Assembly: GCF_009914755.1 (NCBI RefSeq)
Contig: NC_060936.1
DNA length: 64,000 bases
Strand: one strand, 5' to 3'
From: the human T2T-CHM13v2.0 reference genome, Homo sapiens
Shown: positions 26,260 through 43,328 of the stretch, piece by piece
How positions within the stretch are numbered: position 1 is the stretch's first letter
Layout of the letters: the number at the start of each line of letters is the position of its first letter
Notes under the pieces: generated by a model
What the model saw: only the letters and a program-made list of their open reading frames with translations
The model's database searches: none
What the model was told of the DNA's origin: nothing
Made by a program: the position numbers and the translations under genes

Positions 26260-27656
26260 GGGAACACACATATTATTAAAGCAAGTGTTTTTGAATGTCT
26301 TTGTTACAGTAGATTACTATACCCTAACTAATATGCACATATATTCTTAATAATTTTAACAGATTATACAGGACTAACTAGATGCTCAATGTTAGAGACA
26401 AATCCATCCTTGATTTGGTTAGAAAAATAGCAATATCTACTCTACCAGATTACTGACCTGAACTTGGCTAGATTTCCCTTGTTTGTGGAAATTCTGTAGC
26501 CTGTCCTGAGAAGGCAGAAGTTACAAATGATAGCTCAAGAGCGGAATCTGGTGCTCAGATATATTTTGTTTTGTTTTTCCACAATTTTTAAAAAATATTT
26601 AAAGTCCTTACAAACATTTTAAATAAGAATATTGTATGTAAAAATCCCTATCAACGGCTTCTTGTTCAAAATTATGTGCTTCACTCCTGTACTGCTTGGC
26701 CAGGGAGGTAAAGATTACTGTAGAAATAATTCACTCAGTCTCATTATTGTCCTCACATGTAGCTAAATACATGAGGTCTTTGTTCAGTGATTCCCTGGTC
26801 GGAGCTGAGCTGTGTGTTGCTGCTACCGTAAGGACTGTATTTTCCAGACCTAAACTTGGGACACCACGCCTTGACACACGGCCAGAAAACAGAGGAGAAA
26901 TTCCGAACCCCATGCTATCTCAAGAACGCTGGGGTGTATGTTCCCTGTAGCTATTTTGGACGTACCCTTGTAACATCTTGTCATAACAATTAGCCGCGCA
27001 CACATCAAGCAGGAAGCTGCTACTGCACTCAGGTGCTACCCTCAGAGGCCTGTGGGTATTTGAGGAGCCACACGATTCCATTTTCATACATGCAGTTGGT
27101 GTCTAGAGTTACTCATGGCAGAATCAGACTCAGGCACAGCCTCCTCCATCAAAGGCTTTCCAGATTGCTAGCCCGGCACTCCGCCTTCTCTGCAGTTGTC
27201 CCTAGACTGTACATTTTCTATCAGTCTCTTCTTGGCATTGCTTGGTTGTGTTATTTTATTTTCATTTTCCATTGGAGCTCAGATTCAGAAGGTGGTTATG
27301 TTCAATCCCTAGCCAACCTTCATCATTGGTTAGTGAATGCTTTGTTTTCCCACATTTACATGGCGATATCTTGTTTTTAATTAATTTGGCAGACAGAGCA
27401 ATCAAAAGAGTTTCTGAAGTTTTAGAAGTGCCCCTCCATTTAAGAAATATTGAATGAGGTTTGATTTGTTTCATGTCTATCCAAAATGATTACTGAGATG
27501 TGGCCACAAGCAAGCTGGGCCAAGTCTTTGTTTGAGAATATTCTATTATTATTATTAGCATTGATGCCGAAGGTGTCCTTGGTATTAAATAGGCTACTCT
27601 TGGTTGCAGGCAGCAGAACCCTAACCCAGACTGTTAAAGAAAAAACAAAAGGAAAT

Positions 27657-28235
27657 TGAATGATCCATCAGTTTCACTTCTGGGTATATACACAGAAGAA
27701 TTGAAAGCAGAACTCAAAGAGATAGTTACACAACCATGTTTATAGCAGCAGTGTTTACAACAGTCAGACGGTAAAAGCAAGCCAAGTGCCTATAAACAGA
27801 TGAATGGATAAGCGGAATGGGGCATAGATATACAATGGAATATTATTCAGCCATAAAAAGGAAGGAAATTCTGACTCACATTACAACATGGATGAACCCT
27901 GCGAACACCGTGCTAAGTGAAATAAGACAGTCAGTCACACAAGAACAAATACTGTAGGGTTCCGCTTACATGAGATCTCTCCAGTAGTCAAATTCATAGA
28001 GACAGAAAGCAGAATGGTGGTTGTCAAGGAATGGGAGGAGTGGAGAATGGACTGGTAGTGTTTAATGGGTGCAGAGTTTCATTTTGAGAAGAAGAAAAGA
28101 TTCTGGAGATGGATGGTGATGATGGTCATGCAATACTGTGCCGATGCTTAATGCCACTCAACTGTATGCTTAAAAATGCTTAAGATGCTACATTTTATGT
28201 TATGTGTATTTTACCACTTTGTTTTTTAAAAAGAA
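27657..28235 (+). mobile_element. L1MB 3' end
   Basis: gtagtcaaattcatagagacagaaag...tgtttaatgggtgcagagtttca...ctggagatggatggtgatgatggt. Confidence 0.85.
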
Positions 28236-28495
28236 AACTAATTTTCTCTTTGAGCTGAAAAAATCTGGAGACAGAACTAGATTCAAGCAGAGCTGGACCC
28301 AGGAGTTTGAATGGTGTTGCCAAGGGTCTATCTTTCTCTCCATTTCTCACGAACATTCCACAAGGTAGACCAGATGTCACCAGCAGCATAGACTCACAAC
28401 CTCCTTGTTTAATGACCCTTGAAAAGGGATGTTCTTTCCCTATTACCATGTCAGAAAAATCTGTAAAAAAATAAACAAAACAAAACCTCTGATTG

Positions 28496-28811
28496 AGCCT
28501 GGCATGATGGCTCACATCTGTAATCCCAGCACTTTGAGAGGCCGAGGGAGGAGGATTGCTTGAGCCCAGGAATTACAGACAAGCCCAGGGAAAAAAAAAA
28601 AAAAAAAGAGACCCTGTCTCTACAAATAATAATAAAAAAAAATTAGTCAGGTGTGGTGGCACACACCTGTAGTCCCAGCCACTCAGGAGGCTGAGGTGGG
28701 AGGATTGCTTCAGCCCTGCAGGTCAAGGCTGCAGTGAGCCAGGATTGTGCCACTGCACTCCAGCCTGGGCAACAGAGCAAGACGCCATCTCAAAAAAAAA
28801 AAAAAGAAAAA
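28496..28811 (+). mobile_element. AluJ
   Basis: ggaggattgcttgagccc, ggtcaaggctgcagtgagc. Confidence 0.85.
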
Positions 28812-30092
28812 GCTTGAGTCGTGGTGCGTTTCTGCACCAATTTCCGTGGCCAGGGTGATGTGATTCTTTTGAGTCATTCCCATTTCTCTGTACTACAACA
28901 ACATAGACTGGGTCCCTTGGCTTAAGGTGGGATTCTGTTATTAGAAAGGAAGAGAGCTATTGTAGAGTCCGGGGCAACTGAATCCTTGATCTATGGGGTA
29001 CCCTTTGGAAAAAATTGGGGAATGTGTAGCATACAATCCTAGTCAGCATGTAACACGATGGCATTGGGAGTGTGCATTCAAAACACTAACGGTGGCATAA
29101 ACCATCTCACCAGGACCCAAGTGCTGCCGTTTGATGTGAATAAGCCCCAGGAGCTGTCCCTTGCCATCACATGGCTTTTCTGCAGAGAGCCCTTCCCCTG
29201 CTGGCTTTAGCCCTACGTAGCTCATGGACAGGCTGTCATTTATGGCCCTGGGTATTACTTCTTTCTCCTGTTGTTCACCTTTTTTTTCAACTAAGAATGT
29301 AATTCTAAACCTGGAAGGCAAACTCCAGGGTAGAATTCATCAAACAGGAAGCTACAAACAGTAATTTGTGAATTGGGAGAAAACAAGCCTACTCATTAAA
29401 ATTCCACCGTGAGAAGCTTGCGGTGAGATTCCAGGTTGAAATGTGCTTCTGAAGCAGGCTTTGGGATCGATGGGTTTCTCTGCTCTCATTTCCTTCTTTA
29501 CTTACAGAAAGGGCACAGGTGGAAACGCCATGTCTCCCTGTAGGTAACCTGTCAGTTCTCTGTAAAGATGTGGACGGACTTAGGGTATAAATGCCAGCCG
29601 TCCACTCAGCTGAGAACTATGATCTTCCCTGATGCCTGCCTGATGCTTTCTTATCCCTGCTTTGCCCAGGGTGCTCTGTGAATACGGAAATGCCCTCCTC
29701 TGAGGAGTGGGATAGAAGACTGTCCTTCCCTAGTCACTGCCCACTGTAGCAGTTGTTGAAGCTTGATCTGGAAGGATCCCGCCAGGATAACGGATGAGGC
29801 AGACCCTTGAGAGGACTGGCTCAATGCCCAGTAGCCTCCCACCTTCTATACCTCTAAGAGAAGCCTGATGCTGTTAGATTGCAGGTGGAGGTGCCCTGGT
29901 CTCAGGAAGGTGGGCCTTCCTGGAGTCTCAGAGGATGAATCATGATTGGTCTAATTCCAATCTGTTGTGATAGGCAAGGCCTTTCCAAGCACTCTATTCT
30001 AGCTTGGGTGGTTTTCTGGCCCATGAGCCATAAAGGGAAGTTTTCTGATGTGTTTCAGGAACAAAGCCCTTTGAAGAGAAATCCTTTGCACT

Positions 30093-30136
<44 letters not shown>

Positions 30137-30140
30137 CCTC
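30093..30140 (+). repeat. (TC)n microsatellite
   Basis: Read directly from the sequence. Confidence 0.9.
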
Positions 30141-30869
30141 CTTTGAATGGTGGTAAAAGAATATAATGTTAATAGCTATAGCAACTCCCCTGACACAATG
30201 AGAGATCAACCTCACACCTGCCAACCTCCATACATCTTGTTCTTTGGAATAATTAAATGTCTTGCTTTTTAAAGTATCTCTTGAGCTGACTTTTGAAGCC
30301 CAAGGTGTTAATAGTAACACCATGTGCTCTGTGTCAGTGGCACACAGGGCTGATCTGAGTTTTGCACACGCCCTTCTGAGAGGTATATGATCTATTGCAA
30401 TGCAAGAATTAAGAGTGAAGCTTCTAGAACCCATCGGCCTTACCCCTGTCAAGCTGGAAGTGACTCAGCCTCTCCGTGCCCCAGGTTCCTGAGAGGGTGC
30501 TCACATATGAGCTGAGCTGTTAGCCCTGGGGATGTGTTAGCCTTCTGGAGAAATACCTGCAACTCCTGGCCTGCCTTGGGTGCAGCAGTGCCATTGGCTG
30601 CTGATGTCACATGAAGTGCCCCTGGCATCAAAGAGGCCTGAATTTGTCTTCATACCTGGAGAACCACATACATATGACCCTTGCCTTATAGAGCTCACAA
30701 TCCCGGATGGCAGACAATGGCACGACCTCCACGGGCTACCACATTGGGAGCAGAAAAGAGACATGAATGCCACAGAATGTGCTCTCTGCAGGAATGTGTC
30801 TGGGCCTTATCTCCATATTTCAGAAACCAAGTTCAGGGTCAGTCACAGGGAAGTCACCTGGTAAGTAAA

Positions 30870-31710
30870 TAGTTATTGAAATTAACCAACAAATATTTTG
30901 AGTGTGTGCCATGTGCCAGGAGCTCTTCTAGATGCCAGAAATATTGCAATGGACAAAGAAGGCAAAGTCCTTTGTCTTAGTCCCTTAGGGCTGCTGTAAG
31001 AAAACACCATAGGCTGGGTGGCTTATAGACAACAGAATTTAATTTCTCAGAGTTCTGGAGACTGGAAAGTTCAAGATCAAGCCACCTGCAACTTTAGAGT
31101 CCAGTGAAGGTACCTTCCTGGTTTGTAGGGGCTGCCTTCTCTGTGTCTTCACGAGGTGGAGTGGATGAGGCTCCCTCAGTCTCTATTATAAGGGCACCCT
31201 TCCCATTCATGAGGGTTCTACCCTGGGGACCTAATCACCTCCCAAAAGGCCCCACCTCCTAAAGCCAACACCTTGGGAGTTAGGATTTCAACACATGAGT
31301 TGGGGATGATGCAAACATTCCGACTATAGCATCCTTCCGCAGATGAAGTTTAGATTTTAGTTGGGGAGACACATCAACAAAAAGTATTAACTGTATATGT
31401 CAGAGAGTGATAAAGGCTATGGAGAAAAATAAAGTCAAATAAAAGATAGAGAAGATAAGGCAAATCCCACTTGATATGAGCCTCCCTAAGGTGGGATTTG
31501 AGTGGAGAAGGAGAAGAGTGAAGACACCAGCCGTGCAGATACCTGGGGGAAAGGCATTCTGGAGGAGGGAACAGTGAGAACAAGGCTCAGAGGCAGGAGC
31601 AGCAGTACAGAGCCTGGACTGGATTATCATGAATGAGGACTGCAAAATGAGGCCAGAGAGGCAGGTGGGAGCAACAGCATGGGGAACAGATCATGCAGGG
31701 CCTTAAGGAA
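30870..31710 (-). mobile_element. L2 fragment interrupted by an MLT1A0-like LTR
   Basis: caacaaatattttgagtg...atgtgccagg; ggatttgagtggaga...tgcagatacctgggggaaaggcattctgg. Confidence 0.65.
30973..31331 (-). mobile_element. MLT1A0/MST-type MaLR solo LTR
   Basis: TG...CA ends with perfect 5-bp TSD tcctt. Confidence 0.85.
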
Positions 31711-32439
31711 TAAACAAGAATAGAAAACACCTAGACAGTGGCAGTGAGCTGTGAGCCCAGGCAGGTGGGCCTCAAAGTACACACTTGTAATCCATGCACC
31801 TCACTGCCTGACTCCCTGGCAAGCTAGGAAGATCCGTTTCAGCCCGTGCATCCTCATGAAGTCTCTCTTGGTTACCTTCCAGAGGACATTCTGCTGCTGT
31901 TAAGAAAGAAATTCAGGGAACTTTGTGCAAGAATTGGAAAGCAACCATGGATGGTCGCTGTGTCCAGAATTGCACCCCAACATGACAAGAACAAAAGAAA
32001 GATGAATTCCTGGGGCACTGGGAGTGGGGTCAAGAAAGTGGCCAGGATGTGATGCCACCCCCAGCCAGGAGTCCGGTGCTATTATCTCATGCGTAGCTGT
32101 TTTTTTACGAAGGAGTTTTTACATACTTGCTGGGGAAAGCAGCACTAGTGAGAGACCAGGGCTCCTTGAGGGGTGAGTTAGTAGGTCAGCCTCATCAAGT
32201 ATTGATAGGGCAGCTGCGCTGAAGTCATCTTCCCCCTGCCAAAGCTCCTCCGTGCCTGGCCACTGAGTCTCTCAAGGAAGCCGCAGTTACCTGTAAGAAG
32301 TTAGAAGTTACTTAAGGAGCCATTAAGGATTGATGGATGGGCTCTTTTGCCCTTTTGGGGTTTTATTATTAATACACTCTTTTGCAGCAGTAACTCTTGA
32401 CCAAAGAGAAGTCTGGTTCCCATCAAGTTAGCAGTGGGG

Positions 32440-32477
32440 TGTTTGTGTATGTGAACGTGCATGTACGTGAATGTGCA

Positions 32478-32510
<33 letters not shown>
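32440..32510 (+). repeat. (TG)n microsatellite
   Basis: Read directly from the sequence. Confidence 0.9.
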
Positions 32511-32513
<3 letters not shown>

Positions 32514-32589
32514 ATCCATACCATTTCCCCTACCATAGTGGAAAAAAGCATGGCATCAGGGCAATATTTTCAAGCCAACACTTGCCTAG

Positions 32590-32850
32590 GTTTCTTCTAA
32601 CTCTGTAGTCAGAGTGCAGGGATCAACCACTCACTCTTTCCTAACTGTTTACTCCTATGTGATCTTGAGCAAGTTTCTTAACCATTCTGTGCTTGTGGTT
32701 TCTTTTTTCTCATCTGTTTAAAAAAGAAGCATAGCAAAAGAATCCACTCAATGAAGCTGCTAGGAGATTTTTTAAAAAGTAATTCAAGGAAAACACTTAG
32801 AAGAGAGCCTGGCTGATACTGGCAATATTAATGAGAAATGTCAGCTGTTG
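32590..32850 (+). mobile_element. MIR
   Basis: tgtgatcttgagcaagtttcttaaccattctgtgc...tctcatctgt. Confidence 0.65.
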
Positions 32851-33332
32851 CTATCGTTGTTACGATTGGACATACTCACAAACATAGCAGAGCGCTGACT
32901 TCAGGGCTACATCCCCACTTCCACAAGAACCTGGTAAGTTAGGGCAGCAAAAAAGACTTGGTTTTGTCTTCCGTTGGCCAGCCTCCAGACTCAGATCACT
33001 AGGGGAGTCTCATCTGCGGAATTTTGTGCCCTCACGCATTGTGGGCTTTGCTTTGAAACTCTCCTGGACCACAGCACGATCTCTCCTCCTGATGGTTTAT
33101 TCTCCCATAATTAAATTAGCATCGTGCCAGTCTACATTCTGAAATAGGTAAGGCAAGCTCATAAAAATTCTTCACTGTGTGTTCATGTAGGCTCACAGCG
33201 TCATAATCTCAGAGCAGCAGATGCGTGGACAGTGTTTTTGGGGAGCGCGGCTGGGCTATTCTGCTGATCACACAGCGGTGTCTCCTGCTCGCCCCACTCA
33301 CTCTGCTGAGCTCTGCTTACCCTGCCTTGGAA

Positions 33333-33559
33333 CAGAGTTTCTCAACCTCAGTACTGTCCGTATCTGGGGCCAGATAATTCTTAGTTAGTGTGGTGGTGAG
33401 GGGAACTGTCCTGTGTATTGTAGGTTGTTTAGCAACATCACCTCCCAGCCTCCACCCGCTGAATACCGGTATCACCCACGCTCTTACTCATGATAACCAA
33501 AAATGCCTCCAGACATTGCTCAGTGTCCCCTGGAGCACAGAACACCCCTGAGAACACTG
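33333..33559 (+). mobile_element. MER20
   Basis: cagagtttctcaacctcag...ccagacattgc...gagaacactg. Confidence 0.8.
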
Positions 33560-34054
33560 CTTAGACCATGGCTCACCGTGGGGCTTTGGGTGGATAATTC
33601 ATAGCAGGATGGGATTGGGACCTCTCCATGAACATACCCCTGAAGAGCTGTGTATTCAGAGCTGGACAGACAGATTTCCCTGCTCAGGAAAAGTTACTGT
33701 CAACTGCGGGACTCAGCGGGGATTTTAGTTCCAAGGCTAAAAATTCACTTTGCCTTTTGGCCCTTTCCAGAATGGTGCATCTCACAGTCATTCCAAATTG
33801 GTGCCCAATCAGTATTCCTAACAGGCAGATATCGTCTCGCCTTGCCCTGTATAACACTCACTTATAATTATAACACTGTTCATCTCAGAAATGTTTTAAT
33901 ATAAAAATATTTTATATTAATATTTTATTATTAATTAATTAGTATAATTAAAAGGCAGAAATTTTAATAATTTTACATACAGGTGGACTCCATCAGGACT
34001 CAGTGTATGATGCAGTAACAAACACAGAGTACCCCCCATCAGCATTCTTGCCTA

Positions 34055-34672
<618 letters not shown>

Positions 34673-35052
34673 TTAAGGAAATGTTTATATTAGAAAATTA
34701 CAAATTTTGTTAGGCACGATAATGGCAAAATGATGATATTTTAATAATTCTCCCCTCCTACCCTTCAATCTGGTATTTGGCTAAACGTCATGGGAGCCAG
34801 AAGGGAAGGGATCCCTGAGTGGTTTTATTTTTAGAGGTCAGCCTCCTAGGACATGGAGTAGGAGTGAAAAAGGCAGAAAGTGGGCGGGGGTGGGAAGAGT
34901 GGTGAGATGTGCAGATGGAGTCTCCGCAGGCGTAGACGATGCACCCAGGCTAACGATGATTTGATGGGAACGAAGCGGTAATTGCCATGCAAGATGCCGG
35001 GGACAGTTTTCTATGTAGATCAGCCCTCATGGCACAGCAGCCAGCCCTTCAC

Positions 35053-35760
<708 letters not shown>

Positions 35761-37132
35761 GTTGGTTCATGCTGATCAGCCTGAAGTTTCAATGAAAGAA
35801 GAGAAGGAGAGGAATGGAAAGGTGGAATTGGGAGTTCTTGGGAGCAAACTTACAGAAGCAAAACATTGGTAATTGTTTTATGAAGAAACATTCCTTTTGC
35901 TAAAGTTTTTGCTGTAGGAGTAGCCCCTTGCTGGGGACCAGAACAGGGGAAAAAGAAATAATAGAGTTAGAAGTAGCAACAATGCTTAGGAAATCCTACT
36001 GCTCTCTGAGATCCAGCATTTGATGAGTCACTGATAGGGAAGTTTTCATTTGATAGGGAAGATCAAAGTAAATGGTAAAAGGCAGCAAAAGGTAATGGCC
36101 AAAAGGGGTCAGTGTTTGATAAGCTAAACAGAAGATGAAAAAGAGCGCTCAATTGGAAACACGTTTGACTGCAGCTGTTTTCACAGCCAACCTGAAAGAG
36201 ATGAGGAGAATTTGTTCCAGATGGACTGGCAGTGGCTGTCCATCTTGGTCAATGAGAGAGCAGGGAGTTCTACAGGCAGGGAAGAGAGCTGGGTTTCCGT
36301 GGCTTCACACATACACACATGCATACACACACATAACCACAGGTGAAGGCACATGCGTGTGCACACACACAGGCACATACCTGCTCACATGCATGCACAT
36401 ACACATGACTTCTCTTAGGAAGTTGCAGTAGTGACCACTGGAGTCTTTTTTATGGCCTTGGAACCAGTCTGTGCTTCCTCATTTCCTAGGGCCTCTACTC
36501 CTTTTGACAGGGGCAGAAAGTCTGCCCTGACAGGTAGTTTAGGAAAAATCAAAGGGGGATGGCACAAGGGGTCAGGAGTCTGGGTCTTAGCCTGGAAAAG
36601 GACAGTGCCCCCCTCACCCCACTGGCAGGTCACCTGTACCCAGCCCATAAAGCTGCTGCTGGAGTAAGATGACCCTGCTCACAAGGCTCCTGGTGGCAGA
36701 CGGGGAGATGGAAACCAGCTCGCATTATTAAAAACAAAACACAAGAACGGTAATTTTCAATGTTTTTCAATAGTTTCTATGCAGAGCCCTGCTAATTACT
36801 CTTCCCTCCTATGTGTTGAAAGATTTCAGATACAAAGCTGCATCTATGAAAGGAAAAGTGTATTTTAAATTGTGCATTTTCAGTGCTTGCCAGTGTTGCA
36901 CGCATGCTAGCAGCAGGAGATGTTCTTTTATGAGATTCATGAACACGCAGTTTTTATTTGTATTTTGATATGCTTCTTTCAATGTGTATTTAGGGGAAAA
37001 GTTTGTAAATTTTGTTTTCTATAGCTCCTTTATGAGGAGCTATGTATGACTATGTATGCATAATAAAATGACTATATATGCAATAATAAAAACTTTAGAC
37101 AACAATAACTTTTCTAAAGAAAAAAAAAAGGA

Positions 37133-37442
37133 GGCCGGGCGCAGTGGCTCACACCTGTAATCCCAGCATTTTGGGAGGCCAAAGCGGGTGGATCACCTGA
37201 GGTCAGGAGTTCAAGACCAGCCTGGCCAACATGATGAAACCCCATCTCTACTAAAAATACAAAAATTAGCCGGGCGTGGTGGCAGGCACCTGTAATCCCA
37301 GCTACTTGGGAGGCTGAGGCAGGAGAATGTCTTGAACCCTGGAGGCAGAGGTTTGCAGTGAGCTGAGATCGCGCCATTTGCACTCCAGCCTGGGTGACAG
37401 AGTGAGACTCCATCTCAAAAAAAAAAAAAAAAAAAAAAAAAA
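37133..37442 (+). mobile_element. AluSx-like
   Basis: Dimeric Alu with long A tail. Confidence 0.9.
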
Positions 37443-38164
37443 GAGCAGTAGCCAAATTAGAGAAACATATTAAAGAAATGATATTATAGAGAGTGTATGG
37501 ATGTGCCAACCATGTGAGGGTGAAGCTCGAGTGCCTGATCCTAGGGAAATCCACATGGATAATGTAGAGCTGTCTACCCTCCGGTGAGCATGTCATCAAC
37601 CCATGAGGCCTGGGTGGCCATGCTCCCTGGATGAGACGATGAAAGCAGCAGCAATACCCATGCCACGTTTGTTGATATACACACCCTGATCCTAAGACAC
37701 TGTTAGTTTCCTCTGAAGGCCTTTGGAATACTGAAAACCCACAGCCCCCTTCCTTTAGAAGAAGCAGCTTTGTAGGGCTGCTGTCAGGTCAGTGGGTGGG
37801 TTTGGATATAAGTGTGGGAGTCTTATTCTAGTGGAAGAGCAAGGATGCGTGTGTGCCATGCCTTTGTATGCAGGATGTACCACTTGCAAAGGGCCAGCCC
37901 TCCTCTTCTCAGTGCAGAAGCTGTTATGTACATGTGACCAGAGGCTTTCCTGCGCAATGCCCAGGGTAGAGAACACTGGGCTAACAGGCTTAGTGCAATG
38001 GGACCCTACAGCTGCTGGTTGGTTAGCTCAGTGCAATGGGACCTTACATCAGCTGGTTCCTTCAGGGTTGTAATGACAGCTTCACAGCAGCTCCTCCTCC
38101 TGAGGGCCAGGCCAGGGGTGGGCTGCTTTCTTATTGCTTGCTTCTTTATTTTCATGTTAGCAAC

Positions 38165-38562
38165 TGTATCCATTTTCTAGGGCTGCTGTAACAAAGTACC
38201 ACAGACTGAGGGGCTTGAAGGATACGAATCTCTCACAGTTCTGGAAGCTGGAAGTTAAAGATCAGGGTGTTGGCAGGGTTGATTCCTTCTGAGGTCTGAG
38301 GGACTGTCTGTCCCAGGCCTCTCTCCTTGGCTTGGAGATGGCCATCTTCATGTTCCCATGGACTTTCTCTTCTGGTGTCTATCTCCAAATTTCCCCTTTT
38401 CATAAGAACACTAGTCACTGAATTGGAGCCCAGACTAATGACCTCCATTTTAATGTGATTACCTCTGTAAAGATCTATCTCCATATACGGTCACATTCTA
38501 AAATGCTGGGAGTTAGGATTTCAACATATGGATTGGAAAGGTGAGGAGTTCAACCCATAACA
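38165..38562 (-). mobile_element. MLT1B/C MaLR LTR
   Basis: ctagggctgctgtaacaaagtaccacagactg...ttcaacccataaca. Confidence 0.8.
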
Positions 38563-38677
38563 ACAATAATTATCATTTTTCAGTTTGAACGTACTCTGAA
38601 GATCAGATTCAGCTCCTGAGCAGACAGCCTTACAGGGCCCAGAGGCCAAGTGGTACTTACCCGCCCTCCCATCCGTG

Positions 38678-38715
38678 CACACACATGCATACACACACAC
38701 ATGCTCCTCACACAT

Positions 38716-38757
<42 letters not shown>

Positions 38758-38782
38758 CTCATCATACCCAGGCACTCACACA
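38678..38782 (+). repeat. (CA)n compound microsatellite
   Basis: Read directly from the sequence. Confidence 0.9.
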
Positions 38783-39998
38783 CCCCAGCAGGCCTGAGAA
38801 GCCTCTAAGGAGAGAATTTCATAAGAAGATTGTAGCTGACCATGAGATAGATGGTTTGCAGGGTGGAAATTAGGCTTCCTGTGTTCAAAATTTGTACTGA
38901 ACATTGATTTTCCTTAAGGAACACTTAATCATCCCTGTGTTATACCCAAGCCAAGCACATTTTAAAAAGAGGGAAAATATTTTTTGTTTCGTTTGGGTTT
39001 TAACCACTAAAAACCTGAGTAGGAGCATCAGTGATCAACGTGCCTTGTAGATGGCGTGAGCCCCGTTCAGGTAACCCAGATGGGACCAGAGATGCCACCA
39101 AGTCCAGCCCTTGCCTGAGTCCCACGTGGATGCATTGCAGTGTCTAGCACAGTACTGGGAACAGTTGGTGCTCCATGCTACATGGGAAATCATCTCCCAA
39201 GCTACCAGCAATAGCAGACCCACAAACTGGAAACCACTGAACTAGGGCCACCCTGGATGCAGCAGATGAAGAAAGAAAAGCACACCTGCCTGACCCTCCA
39301 GAAGCAGGGCTGGAAGCTCCTCCCCTCCATGCAGCCTGGCTGAGCGGGGTTGGCCTCACACTGCCACTGGCCAGCTTCCCTGGGCTTGCACCTTGAAGCC
39401 AGGCATCCTCAGTGTTTACCGCCCACTTCCACTGTTTTTTAAAATGCTGACTCTGGTTGCAAAACTTCTGGTCCTGGACACAAACCCTGCAACAACTAGT
39501 TCCTTGAAGTAGACAGGAATATCCACTGCTCTTATCGAAGAAAATGCCCGATTAACACAATCAGCCTGTTAAACCTATGCATTTCTCCCATTTCTGTGGT
39601 TCCTTCTCCCACCCCATCCAGAGGTGACACCAGCCACTGCACCAGTTGGTGAGAATCCTCCTATGAACATGCACTATTAAGCGGAAAGAACAATTTGTAG
39701 CTTCAGTGAAATCTGAAATATTGAGAAAAATCCAAATGCAGAAAAAGCCAATTTCAAGCCAAGTCACATTGCAAGAGGCATTTATTTCCAGCAGTAGAAG
39801 TAGAAGGTGTCCATGCTATGAACACAACTGGGGCATTCATTTCCTGCTAGGGGCAATGGGGACTTTCCCATGCTAATGTGTCTTTGATCTTCGTCCCTCA
39901 AGCACGTCCTGGCCTCCTGGTGTTCAGAGTAGCACGTGTATTTAGTGAATCATTTAATGTAAGACTCAGAAGAAGTTTCTTAAGAGAAAGTGGCTGTG

Positions 39999-41312
<1,314 letters not shown>

Positions 41313-41592
41313 AAGAGAAGGTGGCTGTGTGGCTGGCATGCTATTGCTGCTATGAGGGTTGGACTCCTAAGTTTGGCAGGTGAAGATGTGTTTTATCACC
41401 ACCTTCCACCCGCAGTGTTCCCGCATGGGGACCCCCTGGTAATCACATTCATCAGCTATGTCTAGCCTTTTAACTATTCACAAGAATGTATCTCCTTCAG
41501 TCTGGGAGGTTAATAGGGGGTGCTTGTGTGTGTGTGTGTGTGTCTGTGTGTGTAAGTGTGTAATTTCCTTTCATAAGACATGACCTTGCATA

Positions 41593-42302
41593 TGTCAACT
41601 GAAGAATGATGAGGTTCATACATTTGGAAAGAAGAGCTTTATTTCTCATAAAGGATTGCAGCCTGCCAGGTGGCCATTCTGACAGGCTGGGAAGTGTAGC
41701 CTCCAGCCAGAAGCAAGAAACAAGCCATTCAGAGATGGGAAGAACAAGACAGGGATTTATGCTGAGTAAGAAGGATAAATATGCATATTCAATAAGCCAT
41801 AGGAGGAGTCATGAATATTTATGGGAGGAGAAGCATGTGTATGCACAGCTGAGTTTCATGCCCTTTCATGGGTCCCATGTGCAAAAGATGACAGGGATAG
41901 CATGATCCCAAGGTGGGGTTTTCAGCCCTCTGACATCAAAAGATGAAGCAGAGGACATGAAACCCCTCACTGTGCATCCTCAGTAGATGGCCAGAACCAC
42001 TGCAAGGTTAGTGGTCTCTTATTAGGAAGGAACCCTTTTGTCAAAACCATAAAAGGGCAAGGCAGTATCAGGCAGTCTTTGGTATCTGGAGCAAGTCTTT
42101 CCAAATGGCTGGTTTCCGTTTAGCCCTCAGGGAGAAAGCCTAATGGTGCTTAGGGAAGGAGGGGGGATAAGGAGGTGTATCCAGCCTCCCATCCCATCAT
42201 AGCCAGGAACTCAGTTTTCAAGGTTTCACTGGCATCTCCTTGGCCAAGAGAGGGTCCGTTCCATCTGTTGGGTAGCTTAGAATTGTATTTTTATTTCTTG
42301 CA
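41593..42302 (-). mobile_element. MER39/MER34-group ERV1 solo LTR
   Basis: TG...CA ends; minus strand starts tgcaagaaataaaaatacaattctaag...aacggaccctctcttggccaagg. Confidence 0.7.
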
Positions 42303-42349
42303 TGTAATTTAGAAGGTCAAATAGTTCTGCAGAGTTTATTGGCAGAAAC

Positions 42350-42719
42350 CTGTATACAACATTCTCAAAGTGTGAGAACTGTAGTGCTAGAGAACAGACC
42401 AGTTACAGGATTCGAGGAAGGTGTGACTATGAAGGGGGCACATGAAGGAGCTCCTCTGTGTTGAAGGAACAATGCCACATCTTTATTATTGTGATGGCTA
42501 CTCAAATCTATACATAGGATATAATTTCATAGAACTATACACCAAAAAAGTTCATGTGAAAACGTGTAAAATCTAAATAAGGTATGTACCTGGTTAATAG
42601 TAATATGCCTATATCAATTTCCTGGCTTTGACAATGGACCACAATTATGGTCAATATTATCATTGGGGGAAGCTGGATGATGGGTACATGGGAACTCAGT
42701 ATTTTGTTGTTTTGCAACT

Positions 42720-42720
<1 letters not shown>
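42350..42720 (+). mobile_element. L1MC/ME 3' fragment
   Basis: tcaatttcctggctttgaca...cattgggggaagctgg. Confidence 0.6.

Positions 42721-43328
<608 letters not shown>

Noticed and set aside
33896-33920. 11-bp AT palindrome
   Set aside because: Low-complexity AT-rich context; expected by chance
37021-37043. 9-bp stem hairpin atagctcct/aggagctat
   Set aside because: Too short to support a miRNA or other functional structure
37990-38060. Short direct repeats here and at 52438-52470 and 52739-52792 as a CRISPR-like array
   Set aside because: Only two copies each, no regular repeat-spacer pattern, eukaryotic context; ordinary slippage duplications
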